64,000 bases of DNA from Dehalococcoidia bacterium (GCA_965205495.1 CBDBHA010000002.1:294451-358450); one strand, 5' to 3'; numbered from the stretch's first letter, positions 48,990 through 57,827 are shown. The notes: generated by a model from the sequence alone, not told the origin. Translations and numbers: made by a program.

Positions 48990-49137
48990 GCGGGGTCCTT
49001 TAATTTTCCAGGTAGAGTCTGATTGGTGTTGGCGGGGAAGGTGGAATCCCGGTGGTAATTGTGGTGGAGGGTGGAATCCGAAGTTGGGGATTGGGTTTGG
49101 CAGGGAGTTTAGACCCCTCGCTACGCTCGGGGTGACG
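48990..49137 (-). repeat. B-type repeat with REP hairpin, reversed
   Basis: GGGAGTTTAGACCCCTCGCTACGCTCGGGGTGAC is the reverse complement of 43700 region. Confidence 0.7.
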
Positions 49138-49142
49138 GGGGG

Positions 49143-49508
49143 GGCGGGGTTATGGACCAATGCCCCGACCTGAAAATCTGCCTGGCCCACGGCGGCGGTT
49201 ACACCTGCTTCGGCATTGGGCGGATGGACCGGGGGTGGCAGACCCGTCCGGAGGCCAGCGTCAACACTTCCAGTCCCCCCAGCAGTTATCTGCGCCGGTT
49301 TTACTACGACTGCTTGACCCACAGCGAAGCGGCGCTGCGGTACATCATCGACACGGTGGGGGCCGACCGGGTGGTGCTGGGCACCGACTGGCCGGCCAAC
49401 ATGCGGATTGACTGGCCGGTGTCCTGGGTGCTGGGAATGAAGAGCCTGACCCAAGAAGAGAAGGAAGCGATACTTTGGAAAAACCTGGAGACCCTGCTAG
49501 GATTGTAG
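49143..49508 (+). pseudogene. 5'-truncated amidohydrolase (C-terminal third)
   Basis: GGVMDQCPDLKICLAHGGG aligns to GGVMDKYPGLKVCLCHGGG of the next gene; begins right after a REP hairpin. Confidence 0.85.
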
Positions 49509-49553
49509 CCCTGCGGAACCCCATAGAAACGCGGCTAGGAGTTTAATCCAAGA

Positions 49554-50519
49554 ATGCGCAGCATAGATATTCACGCTCACATCTCCCCTCAAGGATGCTT
49601 TGACGCCATGAACGCCGGCCGGGACTGGCACGGCATAACGCCGGACCAAATCCGGGGCGGCCACGAAAGCAATCCCCGCACCATGTGGACCCCGGACCAA
49701 CGAATCGAAGACATGAACTCCCTGGGGGTGGACATGCACGTCCTGTCCACGGGGGCGTTCTTTTATTTCTACAACCGGGACGCGGCGCAAGTGGCGGCGA
49801 TGAACGTGGAGTGCAACGACTACGTATCGCAGTTGACCAAGGACTACCCGGACCGTTTCGCCGGCCTGGCCAACCTGCCGATGCAGGATGTGAGGGCTTC
49901 GGTGGCGGAACTGGAGCGGTCGGTAACCCAACTGGGGTTGAAAGGCGCCATGATTGGCGACCAGGTCAACGGCAAGACCTACGATGATCCGGAGTTTTCC
50001 CCGCTGTGGGAAGCCGCCGAGCAACTTGGGGCGTTGATGATGGTCCACCAGGGGGGCAATACCGTGGTCAGCTCCCGGCTGGACCGGTACCACCTGCCCA
50101 ACACCATCGGAAACCTGGCGGACCGGGCGGTCACCTTCGCTTCCTTTGTGTTTGGCGGGGTCATGGACAAGTATCCCGGCCTGAAGGTCTGCCTGTGCCA
50201 CGGCGGCGGTTATACCTGCTACGGCGCGGGGCGCATGGACCGGGGCTGGCAGGTGCGGGCCGAGGCCCGGGTCAACATTCAACAGCCGCCCAGCAAGTAC
50301 CTGGACAAGTTCTACTATGACTGCCTGACCCATAGCGAAGAGGCGCTGCGGTTCCTCATCGACCGGGTGGGTATCGACAAAGTGATTTTCGGGACCGACT
50401 GGCCCTTCGACATGTGCTTTGACTGGCCGGTGTCGTGGATTCTCAGCCTGGACAGCCTGACCCAGGACGAGAAAGAAGCCATCCTCTGGAAGAACCTGGA
50501 AGCGCTGTTGGGCGTCTAA
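49554..50519 (+). CDS. Amidohydrolase family protein (ACMSD-like decarboxylase)
   Basis: IDIHAH, LPMQD, HGGG, FYYD, GTDWPF. Confidence 0.93.
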   Translation: MRSIDIHAHISPQGCFDAMNAGRDWHGITPDQIRGGHESNPRTMWTPDQRIEDMNSLGVDMHVLSTGAFFYFYNRDAAQVAAMNVECNDYVSQLTKDYPDRFAGLANLPMQDVRASVAELERSVTQLGLKGAMIGDQVNGKTYDDPEFSPLWEAAEQLGALMMVHQGGNTVVSSRLDRYHLPNTIGNLADRAVTFASFVFGGVMDKYPGLKVCLCHGGGYTCYGAGRMDRGWQVRAEARVNIQQPPSKYLDKFYYDCLTHSEEALRFLIDRVGIDKVIFGTDWPFDMCFDWPVSWILSLDSLTQDEKEAILWKNLEALLGV

Positions 50520-50540
50520 GTTCCGGCGGGTAAGACTGCT

Positions 50541-51545
50541 TTGGGAGAGAAACCGGTGCGGACCATCGACATCCATGCTCATATAGCCCCGCCCCAGGCG
50601 GTCAACCTGCCCGAGGGAGGGGACTGGCACGGGATTACCAGCGCCGGAAACGGCGGGCGCAAGTTTCTGGTGGTGGGGCCGAAACGCCACTGGGTCCATC
50701 CCAGCTATGCCAAGACGGCCGAGGAAAGGATTGCGGAGATGGATGCCCTGGGGGTGGACGTTCACGTTCTTTCCACCTGGACCCAGCTTTACAACTATGA
50801 ACTTCCCCTGGAGGCGGGCGCCGCCGCCTGCCGGGACTGCAACGACCACGTTGTCGATATGGTACGGGCCCATCCCGCCCGCTTCGCCGGTTTGGTGACC
50901 CTGCCAATGCAGGACGTGGCCGCCGCCATCTGGGCGTTGGAGCGTTGCCAGGCCAACGGGTTAAAGGGGGCCCAGATCAACGACCACGTCAACGGCGTCA
51001 CCCTGGACCACCCTGACTTTCTTCCTTTCTGGAAGGCCGTTGAGGAACTGGGTGCGTTGATTCTCTTCCACTAGGTAGAAAACGAGACTATGGTGGAGTC
51101 CCGCACCACCCGGTACGGGCTGGGGAACAGCATCGGGAACCACGCGGACCGGACGGTGACCTTTGGGACGTTGGTGTTCGGCGGCGTCTCAGACCGGTTC
51201 CCCGGCCTGAAGCTTTGCCTGGCCCATGGGGGAGGGTTCACCTGTTTTGGAGCGGGACGGATGGACCGGGGCTGGCAGGTGCGGGCCGACGCGCGGGTCA
51301 ATATTCAGCAGCCACCCAGCAGGTACCTGGACCGGTTTTACTACGACTGCCTCACCCACAGCGAGCGGGCCCTGCGGTTCATAATTGATGCCGCCGGTAT
51401 CGCCCGGGTGTTTCTGGGCAGCGACTGGCCCTACAACATGGGGTTTGAGTCGCCGGTGGAAAGGATTAACGGGCTGGACAGCCTGACCCAGGACGAAAAA
51501 GACGCCATTCTTTGGAAGAATTTGGAGAACGCGCTGGGGATTTAA
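50541..51545 (+). pseudogene. Amidohydrolase paralogue with in-frame TAG
   Basis: LILFH-TAG(51072)-VENETMVES aligns to MMVH-Q-GGNTVVSS; rest in frame and conserved. Confidence 0.8.
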
Positions 51546-51566
51546 CCGGGGTCCCCGGGGATACTG

Positions 51567-52589
51567 TTATGAGGGAACGTCGGTAGGGGCAGACGCTGCT
51601 GAATCAACGGTCGGTCCAGCAACCGGGGCCTGGCTGCCACTACCCTTGGCGGACTTGGAGCGGCGTTTACGGCGGGGTGGCTCGGACGCTTTTTCGTGGG
51701 CTTGTTGCCACATGCGGCAGAAGGCGCAGACCTCACCGGTGGTAGCCTGGCCGCAGATCCGGCACTCGACGAGTTCGAAATCGTCCTGGGACTCCACCAT
51801 CACCGGACGGATGCGGTCCAAAAAGGTGGCAACGAACCCGTGCTTGGCCCCCGGGGACTGGGCCTCAATTTGGTCCAGGGAATTCTTGTAGAGGATGGAG
51901 CGGGCTCCCACCGAGTTGGGACACTCCTCTTCCACGTAGTCGATGCCCCGCAGGATGGCGTTGGCGGCCACCTCGCGTTCGGTAACGGTGTAAAGGGGTT
52001 TGACTCTTTTGATTAGGGTTTCCCCGTTGGCGGGCAGCGCCGGCGACTGGCGGGCCAGGCTGCCCACCTCCCAGTGCAGGACATTGCCCAAGAGGGTGGC
52101 GGCTTCGTCATCCAGGTTGTGGCCCATGGCGACGACGGTGAACTCCCGGTCGTAAGCCTCTTTGTTCAGGATGTAACGTTTGCTCAGGCCGCAACCGGAG
52201 CAGGGGACCCGGCGTAGGATGTTGGACAGCTCGGGGACTCCCATCCCGTAGGACTGGGCCAGGTCAACGGTGAGCAGCGGAGCGTCCCGTTCCTCGGCAA
52301 ACTTGAGTGTTCGTTGCAAGGAATTATCGGAGTAATCGCCAATGCCCAGGTGGATATGGAGGCCGGTGGGTTGGTAGCCCTGCCGGAGCAGGTAGTCCCA
52401 AAGGGTGAGGCTGTCTTTGCCGCCGGACACGCCGACCAGGATGCGGTCATCGGGGGCGAACATCTTGTGCCGCCGGACGGCCCGGTCGACCTGGCGGTCA
52501 AAAAACTCCAGGTAGTGGGACTTGCAAAAAGCGGCGTGGTGACGCCGCAATTCGATGGAAGCCTGACCCCGGCACTTGCTGCATCTCAT
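51567..52589 (-). CDS. ttuA: tRNA 2-thiolation protein TtuA/TtcA family
   Basis: CxxC zinc fingers at both ends, SGGKDS PP-loop, CSGC, GHNLDD, ECP. Confidence 0.88.
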   Translation of the reverse strand: MRCSKCRGQASIELRRHHAAFCKSHYLEFFDRQVDRAVRRHKMFAPDDRILVGVSGGKDSLTLWDYLLRQGYQPTGLHIHLGIGDYSDNSLQRTLKFAEERDAPLLTVDLAQSYGMGVPELSNILRRVPCSGCGLSKRYILNKEAYDREFTVVAMGHNLDDEAATLLGNVLHWEVGSLARQSPALPANGETLIKRVKPLYTVTEREVAANAILRGIDYVEEECPNSVGARSILYKNSLDQIEAQSPGAKHGFVATFLDRIRPVMVESQDDFELVECRICGQATTGEVCAFCRMWQQAHEKASEPPRRKRRSKSAKGSGSQAPVAGPTVDSAASAPTDVPS

Positions 52590-52789
52590 CTGCTCCCCCC
52601 GCTGATGGCCGTGACAATTTCCACCGTCTCGTGGTCTTTAATCCAAACGTCCCGGGTCAACAGGTCGCCGCCGCGGATGACCAAGACCTGTTCCGGGTTC
52701 AGGTCCAGCTCCCGGATCAGGGCATCGACTCTCCGGTTGCCTGCCAGTTCCAACTCTTTACGTTTTGGATTTCTGATGATTACCTTCAT
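52586..52789 (-). CDS. ThiS/MoaD-like sulfur carrier (TtuB-like)
   Basis: Beta-grasp size, ends AISGGSR; ATGA overlap with ttuA. Confidence 0.85.
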   Translation of the reverse strand: MKVIIRNPKRKELELAGNRRVDALIRELDLNPEQVLVIRGGDLLTRDVWIKDHETVEIVTAISGGSR

Positions 52790-52801
52790 ATCCGCTCTGC
52801 G

Positions 52802-53153
52802 CCAGGTCTTTTCAATTCTTCCCGGATGCCGCTTCGATCCCCCGCCCAATGCGATTCCGAACCCCACAACCTGTCATTCCGACCGTAGGGAGGAATCTAA
52901 ACTCCCGGCCCAACACAATCCCCAACCCCGGATTCCAGCCCCCGCCACAGTTGCGACGCAGATGGCAGCTTGCCCTCCAACAACAATTGGTCTCCACCTC
53001 CAAATTTGAAGAACGCTGGGCCTTTTCATGGTCGTTGCGGGGAGATTGCGACGAAGAATCCGGGGGGCAAACCGGTTGGCGGCGATGGATTTTAGATTCC
53101 TCCCTACGGTCGGAATGACAGGGAGAGGGGCGCGGAACAATCAAAAGGCCCTA
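52802..53153 (+). mobile_element. Adjacent degenerate B-type and CAGGG-type MITEs with inverted REP hairpins
   Basis: GTCATTCCGACCGTAGGGAGGAATCT at 52873 and its reverse at about 53094; ends CTGGGCCTTTTCATG / AATCAAAAGGCCCTA. Confidence 0.6.
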
Positions 53154-53242
53154 GCTCTGCGCCGCCTGAGTTTAAATCAGGCTGGTTTGGGTGTAAAGTC
53201 AAGGGAAACGGGAGCCAAGCCGGGGCGCCACAAGGAGGCGGC

Positions 53243-54415
53243 ATGATTAAGTCATTTTCCGCGCTGTATGCTGGTCATGTGTTGGAAGGAGAGGGAGTTG
53301 GGTTTGCCGGGACTCCCCACGACGACCGGTGGTACCCCAACGAACGGCTGATTAAAGCCTTCGACATCGCCCGGGAAGCCGCCGTCTTGATGGAGGACCT
53401 GAATTACGACGTTTTGTGGATGGCGGAGCACCACTTCCAACGGGAGGGGTACGAGTGCATTCCCAACCTGCTGATTCTCAGCCAATACCTGGCGCAGCAT
53501 ACGCAGCGCATCAAGTTCGGCTGCGGTTTTAACGTCCTTCCCATGTGGCATCCCATTCGTTTGGCCGAGGACTTCGCCATGGTGGACATCCTCACCGGCG
53601 GGCGGGTGGTCTTCGGGGTGGGCCGGGGTTATCACACCCGGGAGGTGGAGAGCTTCGGGGCGCCCCTGTTGGACACCGACGCCAACCGGGAGCTGTTTGA
53701 AGAGCAGTTTGAGATTGTCATGAAGGCTTTTAACGAAGAGTCCTTTTCCCACCAGGGCAAGCACTACTCCATACCGCCGGAGGTCCCCTATCGCGGGTAT
53801 GATTTAAAGGACGTGACCCTGGTGCCCCGTCCCGCCAACCTGCCGGTTGAGGTCTGGCAGCCGGTGGTGAGCGGCACCGACCGGGCTTTCGATTTCATGG
53901 CGAAGTGGGGGATCAAGGGAGTGATTTTGGGTACCGGCGAGCGGTACGTCGAGGACTGGGTCAACCGGTACCAGCAGGCTTACGCCCGGACCGGCAAGGA
54001 ATTGGAGCTGGGGGAGAACCTGGCCCTGGGTATCTGGTCCTACATGGACGACAGCCGGGAGAAGGCCGAAAAAGCCCTGGAACCCATGTTTGAGGAGCAC
54101 GTGAAATTTGCGGCGCCCCTGGGGATGCTGCGGTACAACGACCGGCAGATGGAGGCCACCGGTCCGGGTGGAGTGGCCCACCATATTGCCGCCGGCACCG
54201 ACTTCCGGGACGTTATCGAAAAGCGGGCCTGGTGGGCGGGGACTCCGGAGCAGACGGTTGAGTACCTGAAGGGCCTGGAAGAGAAATACCCCGGCTTGGA
54301 ACAGATTATGGTGGCCTTTCCCATGGGCGCCACCGTCGAGCAGTTCCGGGAGCAGATGACCAGGTTCGCCAGGGAAGTGATGCCCGCTTTCCGCCAGGCC
54401 GAACTCAAGGTTTAA
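53243..54415 (+). CDS. LLM-class flavin-dependent oxidoreductase
   Basis: WMAEHHFQREG, WHPIRLAEDFA, GVGRGYHTRE. Confidence 0.95.
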   Translation: MIKSFSALYAGHVLEGEGVGFAGTPHDDRWYPNERLIKAFDIAREAAVLMEDLNYDVLWMAEHHFQREGYECIPNLLILSQYLAQHTQRIKFGCGFNVLPMWHPIRLAEDFAMVDILTGGRVVFGVGRGYHTREVESFGAPLLDTDANRELFEEQFEIVMKAFNEESFSHQGKHYSIPPEVPYRGYDLKDVTLVPRPANLPVEVWQPVVSGTDRAFDFMAKWGIKGVILGTGERYVEDWVNRYQQAYARTGKELELGENLALGIWSYMDDSREKAEKALEPMFEEHVKFAAPLGMLRYNDRQMEATGPGGVAHHIAAGTDFRDVIEKRAWWAGTPEQTVEYLKGLEEKYPGLEQIMVAFPMGATVEQFREQMTRFAREVMPAFRQAELKV

Positions 54416-54427
54416 CCGGACATTTCT

Positions 54428-55531
54428 TTGGGGCCAACGGTGCGAGACCTGAGCCGGCATAAACTCAGTCTGGGGCTTTTCGGCGCCAACTGCTCCGGCG
54501 GCTTGGCGGTCACCACCGTGCCGGAGCGTTGGGAAGCCAGTTGGGAGAACAACCGGCGGCTGGCCGTGATGGCCGACGACGCTGGCATCGACTTCATGCT
54601 CCCCTTGGGCCGTTGGAAGGGCTACGGGGGAGTAACCGACCACAACGGCTCCAACTTCGAGACGCTGACCTGGGCCTCGGGCATCCTGGCCGCCACGGGC
54701 AATTTGAAGGCGTTTGGCACCGTCCACGTTTCTCTGTTCAACCCGGTGGCCGCCGCTAAGCAAATCGTCACCGCCGACCACATTGGACAAGGGCGGTTCG
54801 GATTGAATGTGGTCTGCGGCTGGAACCGGGACGAGTTTGACATGCTGGGGGTGGATTTGGCCCAGCATGACCGGCGGTACGACCAGGGACAGGAGTGGAT
54901 AGACATTCTCTACCGGGCCTGGGACCGCGAAACCCCTTTCGATTATGAAGGGGTCTTTTACCAGGTGCGGCAGACGGAAATCAACCCCAAGCCTTATGGC
55001 GGGGGGCGCCCCCTGGTCGTCTGCGCCGGCAACTCGCCCCGGGGCCGGGACTTCGCCGCCCGCAACGCCGACATGATGTTCACCAACATCCGTTCCGGCG
55101 TGGACCAGGTGGAGGCCAATACCTCGGAACTGCGGGCGTTGGCGGCGGCGTACCACCGGCCCATCGGCGTGTTTACCAACGTGGCGGTGATATGCCGCGC
55201 GACGGAAAAAGAGGCGGAAGAGTATTTCCACTACTACGCCGTGGAAAACGCCGACCAAGAAGCGGTGGAGAATATGGTGGAAGGCCGTGGGCTGAACAAG
55301 CCGGGGCAGTCGGAAGAGGAGCGTTGGGCGATTCGGCGGCGGGCCGGGGGCGGCAACGGGGCATTGCCCATCATTGGGACTCCCGACCAGGTGGCGGAGA
55401 CAATGCGGGGGTTGTCTCAATCCGGCGTAACCGCCCTGGCCATGGGGTTCGTCAACTACCTGGAACATTTCCCGTATTTTCAGCAAGAAGTCCTGCCCCG
55501 GTTGGGGCGGTGGGGCCTGCGGGTGGAATAG
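54428..55531 (+). CDS. LLM-class monooxygenase (RutA/SsuD-like)
   Basis: NCSGG, RWKGYGG, GRFGLNVVCGWN, AGNSPRGRDFAA; start uncertain. Confidence 0.9.
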   Translation: MGPTVRDLSRHKLSLGLFGANCSGGLAVTTVPERWEASWENNRRLAVMADDAGIDFMLPLGRWKGYGGVTDHNGSNFETLTWASGILAATGNLKAFGTVHVSLFNPVAAAKQIVTADHIGQGRFGLNVVCGWNRDEFDMLGVDLAQHDRRYDQGQEWIDILYRAWDRETPFDYEGVFYQVRQTEINPKPYGGGRPLVVCAGNSPRGRDFAARNADMMFTNIRSGVDQVEANTSELRALAAAYHRPIGVFTNVAVICRATEKEAEEYFHYYAVENADQEAVENMVEGRGLNKPGQSEEERWAIRRRAGGGNGALPIIGTPDQVAETMRGLSQSGVTALAMGFVNYLEHFPYFQQEVLPRLGRWGLRVE

Positions 55532-55583
55532 GCGCCGGCCGCGCCTTTAGCCCACCAATTTCTGACCTAGTGGAGAATTTGCG

Positions 55584-56582
55584 ATGACTACTGCCCAACC
55601 CGGCCGGACCATAGAGGCTCGGCCAATTGGCGGCAACGCGGCTTTAACCGTGATAGGCGTTGGACCCGGACAGCCGGGCCCTTGGCCGTTTATCAGCGGC
55701 ATACCCAACCCGGAAACCGGTCTGGTTGGGCCTCCGCCGGAGTATCTGGCGGTGGCGGCCTGGGCCGCTTGAACCGTGGTCACCGTGGTAGGCGTGGCCT
55801 ACCGGGGCGGCATACCCTTGGACGACATTCAGGTGGAGTTTCAGGTGGAGTCCATGGAGCTTCCCCATGCCCTGGGGTTTGGGGTATGGGAGAAAGTCAC
55901 CTTGACGGGAGACATTTCCGAGCCGCAGCGGGTCCGGTTGGAGCGGGCTTCGCGCTTTTGCCCGGTGGGGCAAGCCCTCACCAAGGGGGCCATGGACATT
56001 GAAGACCGGCTGCGGTGGAGGTCAGGTGAGGTTGCAGCGGGGGCAACTGCGCCGGAGGACTTGCCGGACTTGGACGACGTCCGAACTCCCATACCTTCGG
56101 GAACGGTGCGGGCGATTTATCTCCTGGACACCAAGGAATACGAAGCCGACGGGGCAATGTCCCACGAAGGGGAGGCCAAGGTCTACGTTTCCTGCGAAAA
56201 TTTGACCCGTTCCAGCACCTGGACGGTTTTGGCGGGGCATAGCTCCCAGGGACTGGTGCCGCCGCCTTTTCCCACGGTGCAGGCGGCCTGGGCTGCGTCC
56301 ACCGCCGCGACGTTGGACCGGCTTTTGCCACCGACCACGGAGGGGGGCGACGGCCTGAGCGTCCGGTTGGAAATGGCCGGGGCGGGCAGCCGGGGGCAAT
56401 CTCAGGGGAGCGCCGACCGAGGGGAAGTGCGGCGGCGGGCGGTTTCCCGCCGTATAGACCTGCCGGGCACCCCGGCGGAGATTCCCTTGGAAGTAGTCCA
56501 AGCCGCCCTGCGCGCCGATCCCGTTTCGGCGGCGTTCATTCACGGGGGCGTGCTGTTGGACGACGAAGTGGTGGTGGCATAA
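55584..56582 (+). CDS. Probable selenoprotein: tandem OsmC-like protein, UGA codon 63 read as Sec
   Basis: In-frame TGA 55770-55772 in AAWAA*TVVT; downstream FCPV; SECIS-like hairpin; second domain AAWAAST. Confidence 0.75.
55783..55805 (+). promoter_or_regulatory. Putative bacterial SECIS element
   Basis: GGTAGGC-GTG-GCCTACC perfect stem; loop starts with G, 21 nt after UGA. Confidence 0.65.
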
Positions 56583-56628
56583 TCCGGCGTACCCCGCAAG
56601 GAGGACGCCGGAAAATCGGGCAGGTGAA

Positions 56629-56838
56629 ATGGTTACCGTAACCGAAAGAGAAACCGAACTCTCCCAGGGGACCGGGGGGCGTTACTGCGAGGGGTGCCCC
56701 CGCTGCCGGGACGCCAACGCGGGGTTTTGCTCCCAGCGGCACCCGCAATACAACAATCTACACCCGGTTTGCCGGCGTTGCGGGCATTGTGTCCTGCGGG
56801 GCAGTCACAGCGACGACACCTCGGACCTACAGGAGTAG
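56629..56838 (+). CDS. Small Cys/His-rich putative metal-binding protein
   Basis: CEGCPRC...C...H...CRRCGHC; AGGTG upstream. Confidence 0.6.
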   Translation: MVTVTERETELSQGTGGRYCEGCPRCRDANAGFCSQRHPQYNNLHPVCRRCGHCVLRGSHSDDTSDLQE

Positions 56839-56856
56839 GCGGGTATCCGCCAAGGC

Positions 56857-57048
56857 AGGGTGTTTCAATTATCCAGGTAAAAGCCGGTTGCAGTTAGAGG
56901 GCAAGCTGGCATTCCCGGGGTAATTGTGGCGGAGGCTGGAATCCGGGGTTGGGGGTGGGAACGGCAGGGGGACCGGCACGATGTGTACAGTTTGGCCCAA
57001 CGGTTGGTACGGTTGGGATTAACGGAATCTTTGGAGTGAAAGGCACAG
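56857..57048. repeat. Degenerate B-type repeat/MITE
   Basis: Begins CAGGGTGTTTCAATT; GTAATTGTGGCGGAGGCTGGAATCCGGGGTTGGGG is the reverse of 43745-43780. Confidence 0.5.
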
Positions 57049-57051
57049 TTT

Positions 57052-57348
57052 ATGACCACCTTTTCAGATTATGGAGCCGAGCGGATATCCATCGTCAACG
57101 CTCGGGCAAAACTGACCCAATTGCCGGAAATCCTGGCCGCGGACAACCGGGCCCTGGCTTTGACTCGGCACGGCAACCCGGTGTTGGCGGTAATGTCTTG
57201 GGATCTATTCCAAGCCATCGTCGAAGTCATGGAGATTGTGGGGGACCCGGGGATGATGGCGGCATTGCGGCGAGGGATTGCGGACGTTGAAGAGGGGAAC
57301 CTGGCGTCGCTGGAAGAGGTAAAGTCCCAACTCGGTCTGGACCCGTAG
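57052..57348 (+). CDS. Phd/YefM family antitoxin (orphan)
   Basis: ISIVNARAKLTQL...LTRHGNPVLAVMS...ALRRGIADVEEG. Confidence 0.85.
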   Translation: MTTFSDYGAERISIVNARAKLTQLPEILAADNRALALTRHGNPVLAVMSWDLFQAIVEVMEIVGDPGMMAALRRGIADVEEGNLASLEEVKSQLGLDP

Positions 57349-57449
57349 GGCAGCCCAAGCGCCGTTTGTGCCCCAAGAAGCGATGACCGGCTGGCTACGG
57401 GCGGTGGCGGACTACAACCCGGTAACCTACCTGCCGGCCGCCTGGTAGC

Positions 57450-57780
57450 GTAACTGTTCAGTCTTGAGGGGTTAGCCCAACCCAAGGTCCGTCATTCCGG
57501 CTTTGGAGCCTGTCTCAGAAGTCCAGGTGTATTACGATAAACTCCGTCTTGCCTGGTAATCCTCTGTGTTAAGTATATATAGTTATCACTATTGTCCATA
57601 AAAGGCGAGTTGTATTATGTAATCCGATAGCCTTTAGATTTATGAGACACCCTCTTTGAGCCGGAATCCAGAATGGTTAGGGAGAGACCAGCATTCAAAA
57701 TGACTGGGATTCCTGGATTCCGGCTCGAGGCCGGAATGACGGTTCAATGTCAGGATGGCTCATTAAGTCTGAACTGTTAC
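57450..57780. mobile_element. IS66-type MITE with nested insertion
   Basis: Ends GTAACTGTTCAG / CTGAACTGTTAC; inverted homologue of 24667 element; decayed TSD CTGGTAGC / CCGGCGGC. Confidence 0.8.
57506..57654. mobile_element. Nested AT-rich MITE (IS5/IS1182-like ends)
   Basis: TIRs GAGCCTGTCTCAGAAGTC / GATTTATGAGACACCCTC; 4-bp TSD TTTG. Confidence 0.75.
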
Positions 57781-57827
57781 CCGGCGGCCTCTTCCCGCCA
57801 GGGCTGAGACGCGCCCGCTGGGTGAAT

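Noticed and set aside
16574-51074. Genome-wide reassignment of TAA/TAG to Gln, suggested by two in-frame stops at likely Gln positions
   Set aside because: Many intact genes here end in TAA or TAG at the expected C-terminus, and prfA is intact with PxT and GGQ motifs
51072-51074. Pyrrolysine codon
   Set aside because: It aligns with CAG in the adjacent paralogue, it is not a methylamine methyltransferase, and no pyl genes are in the window
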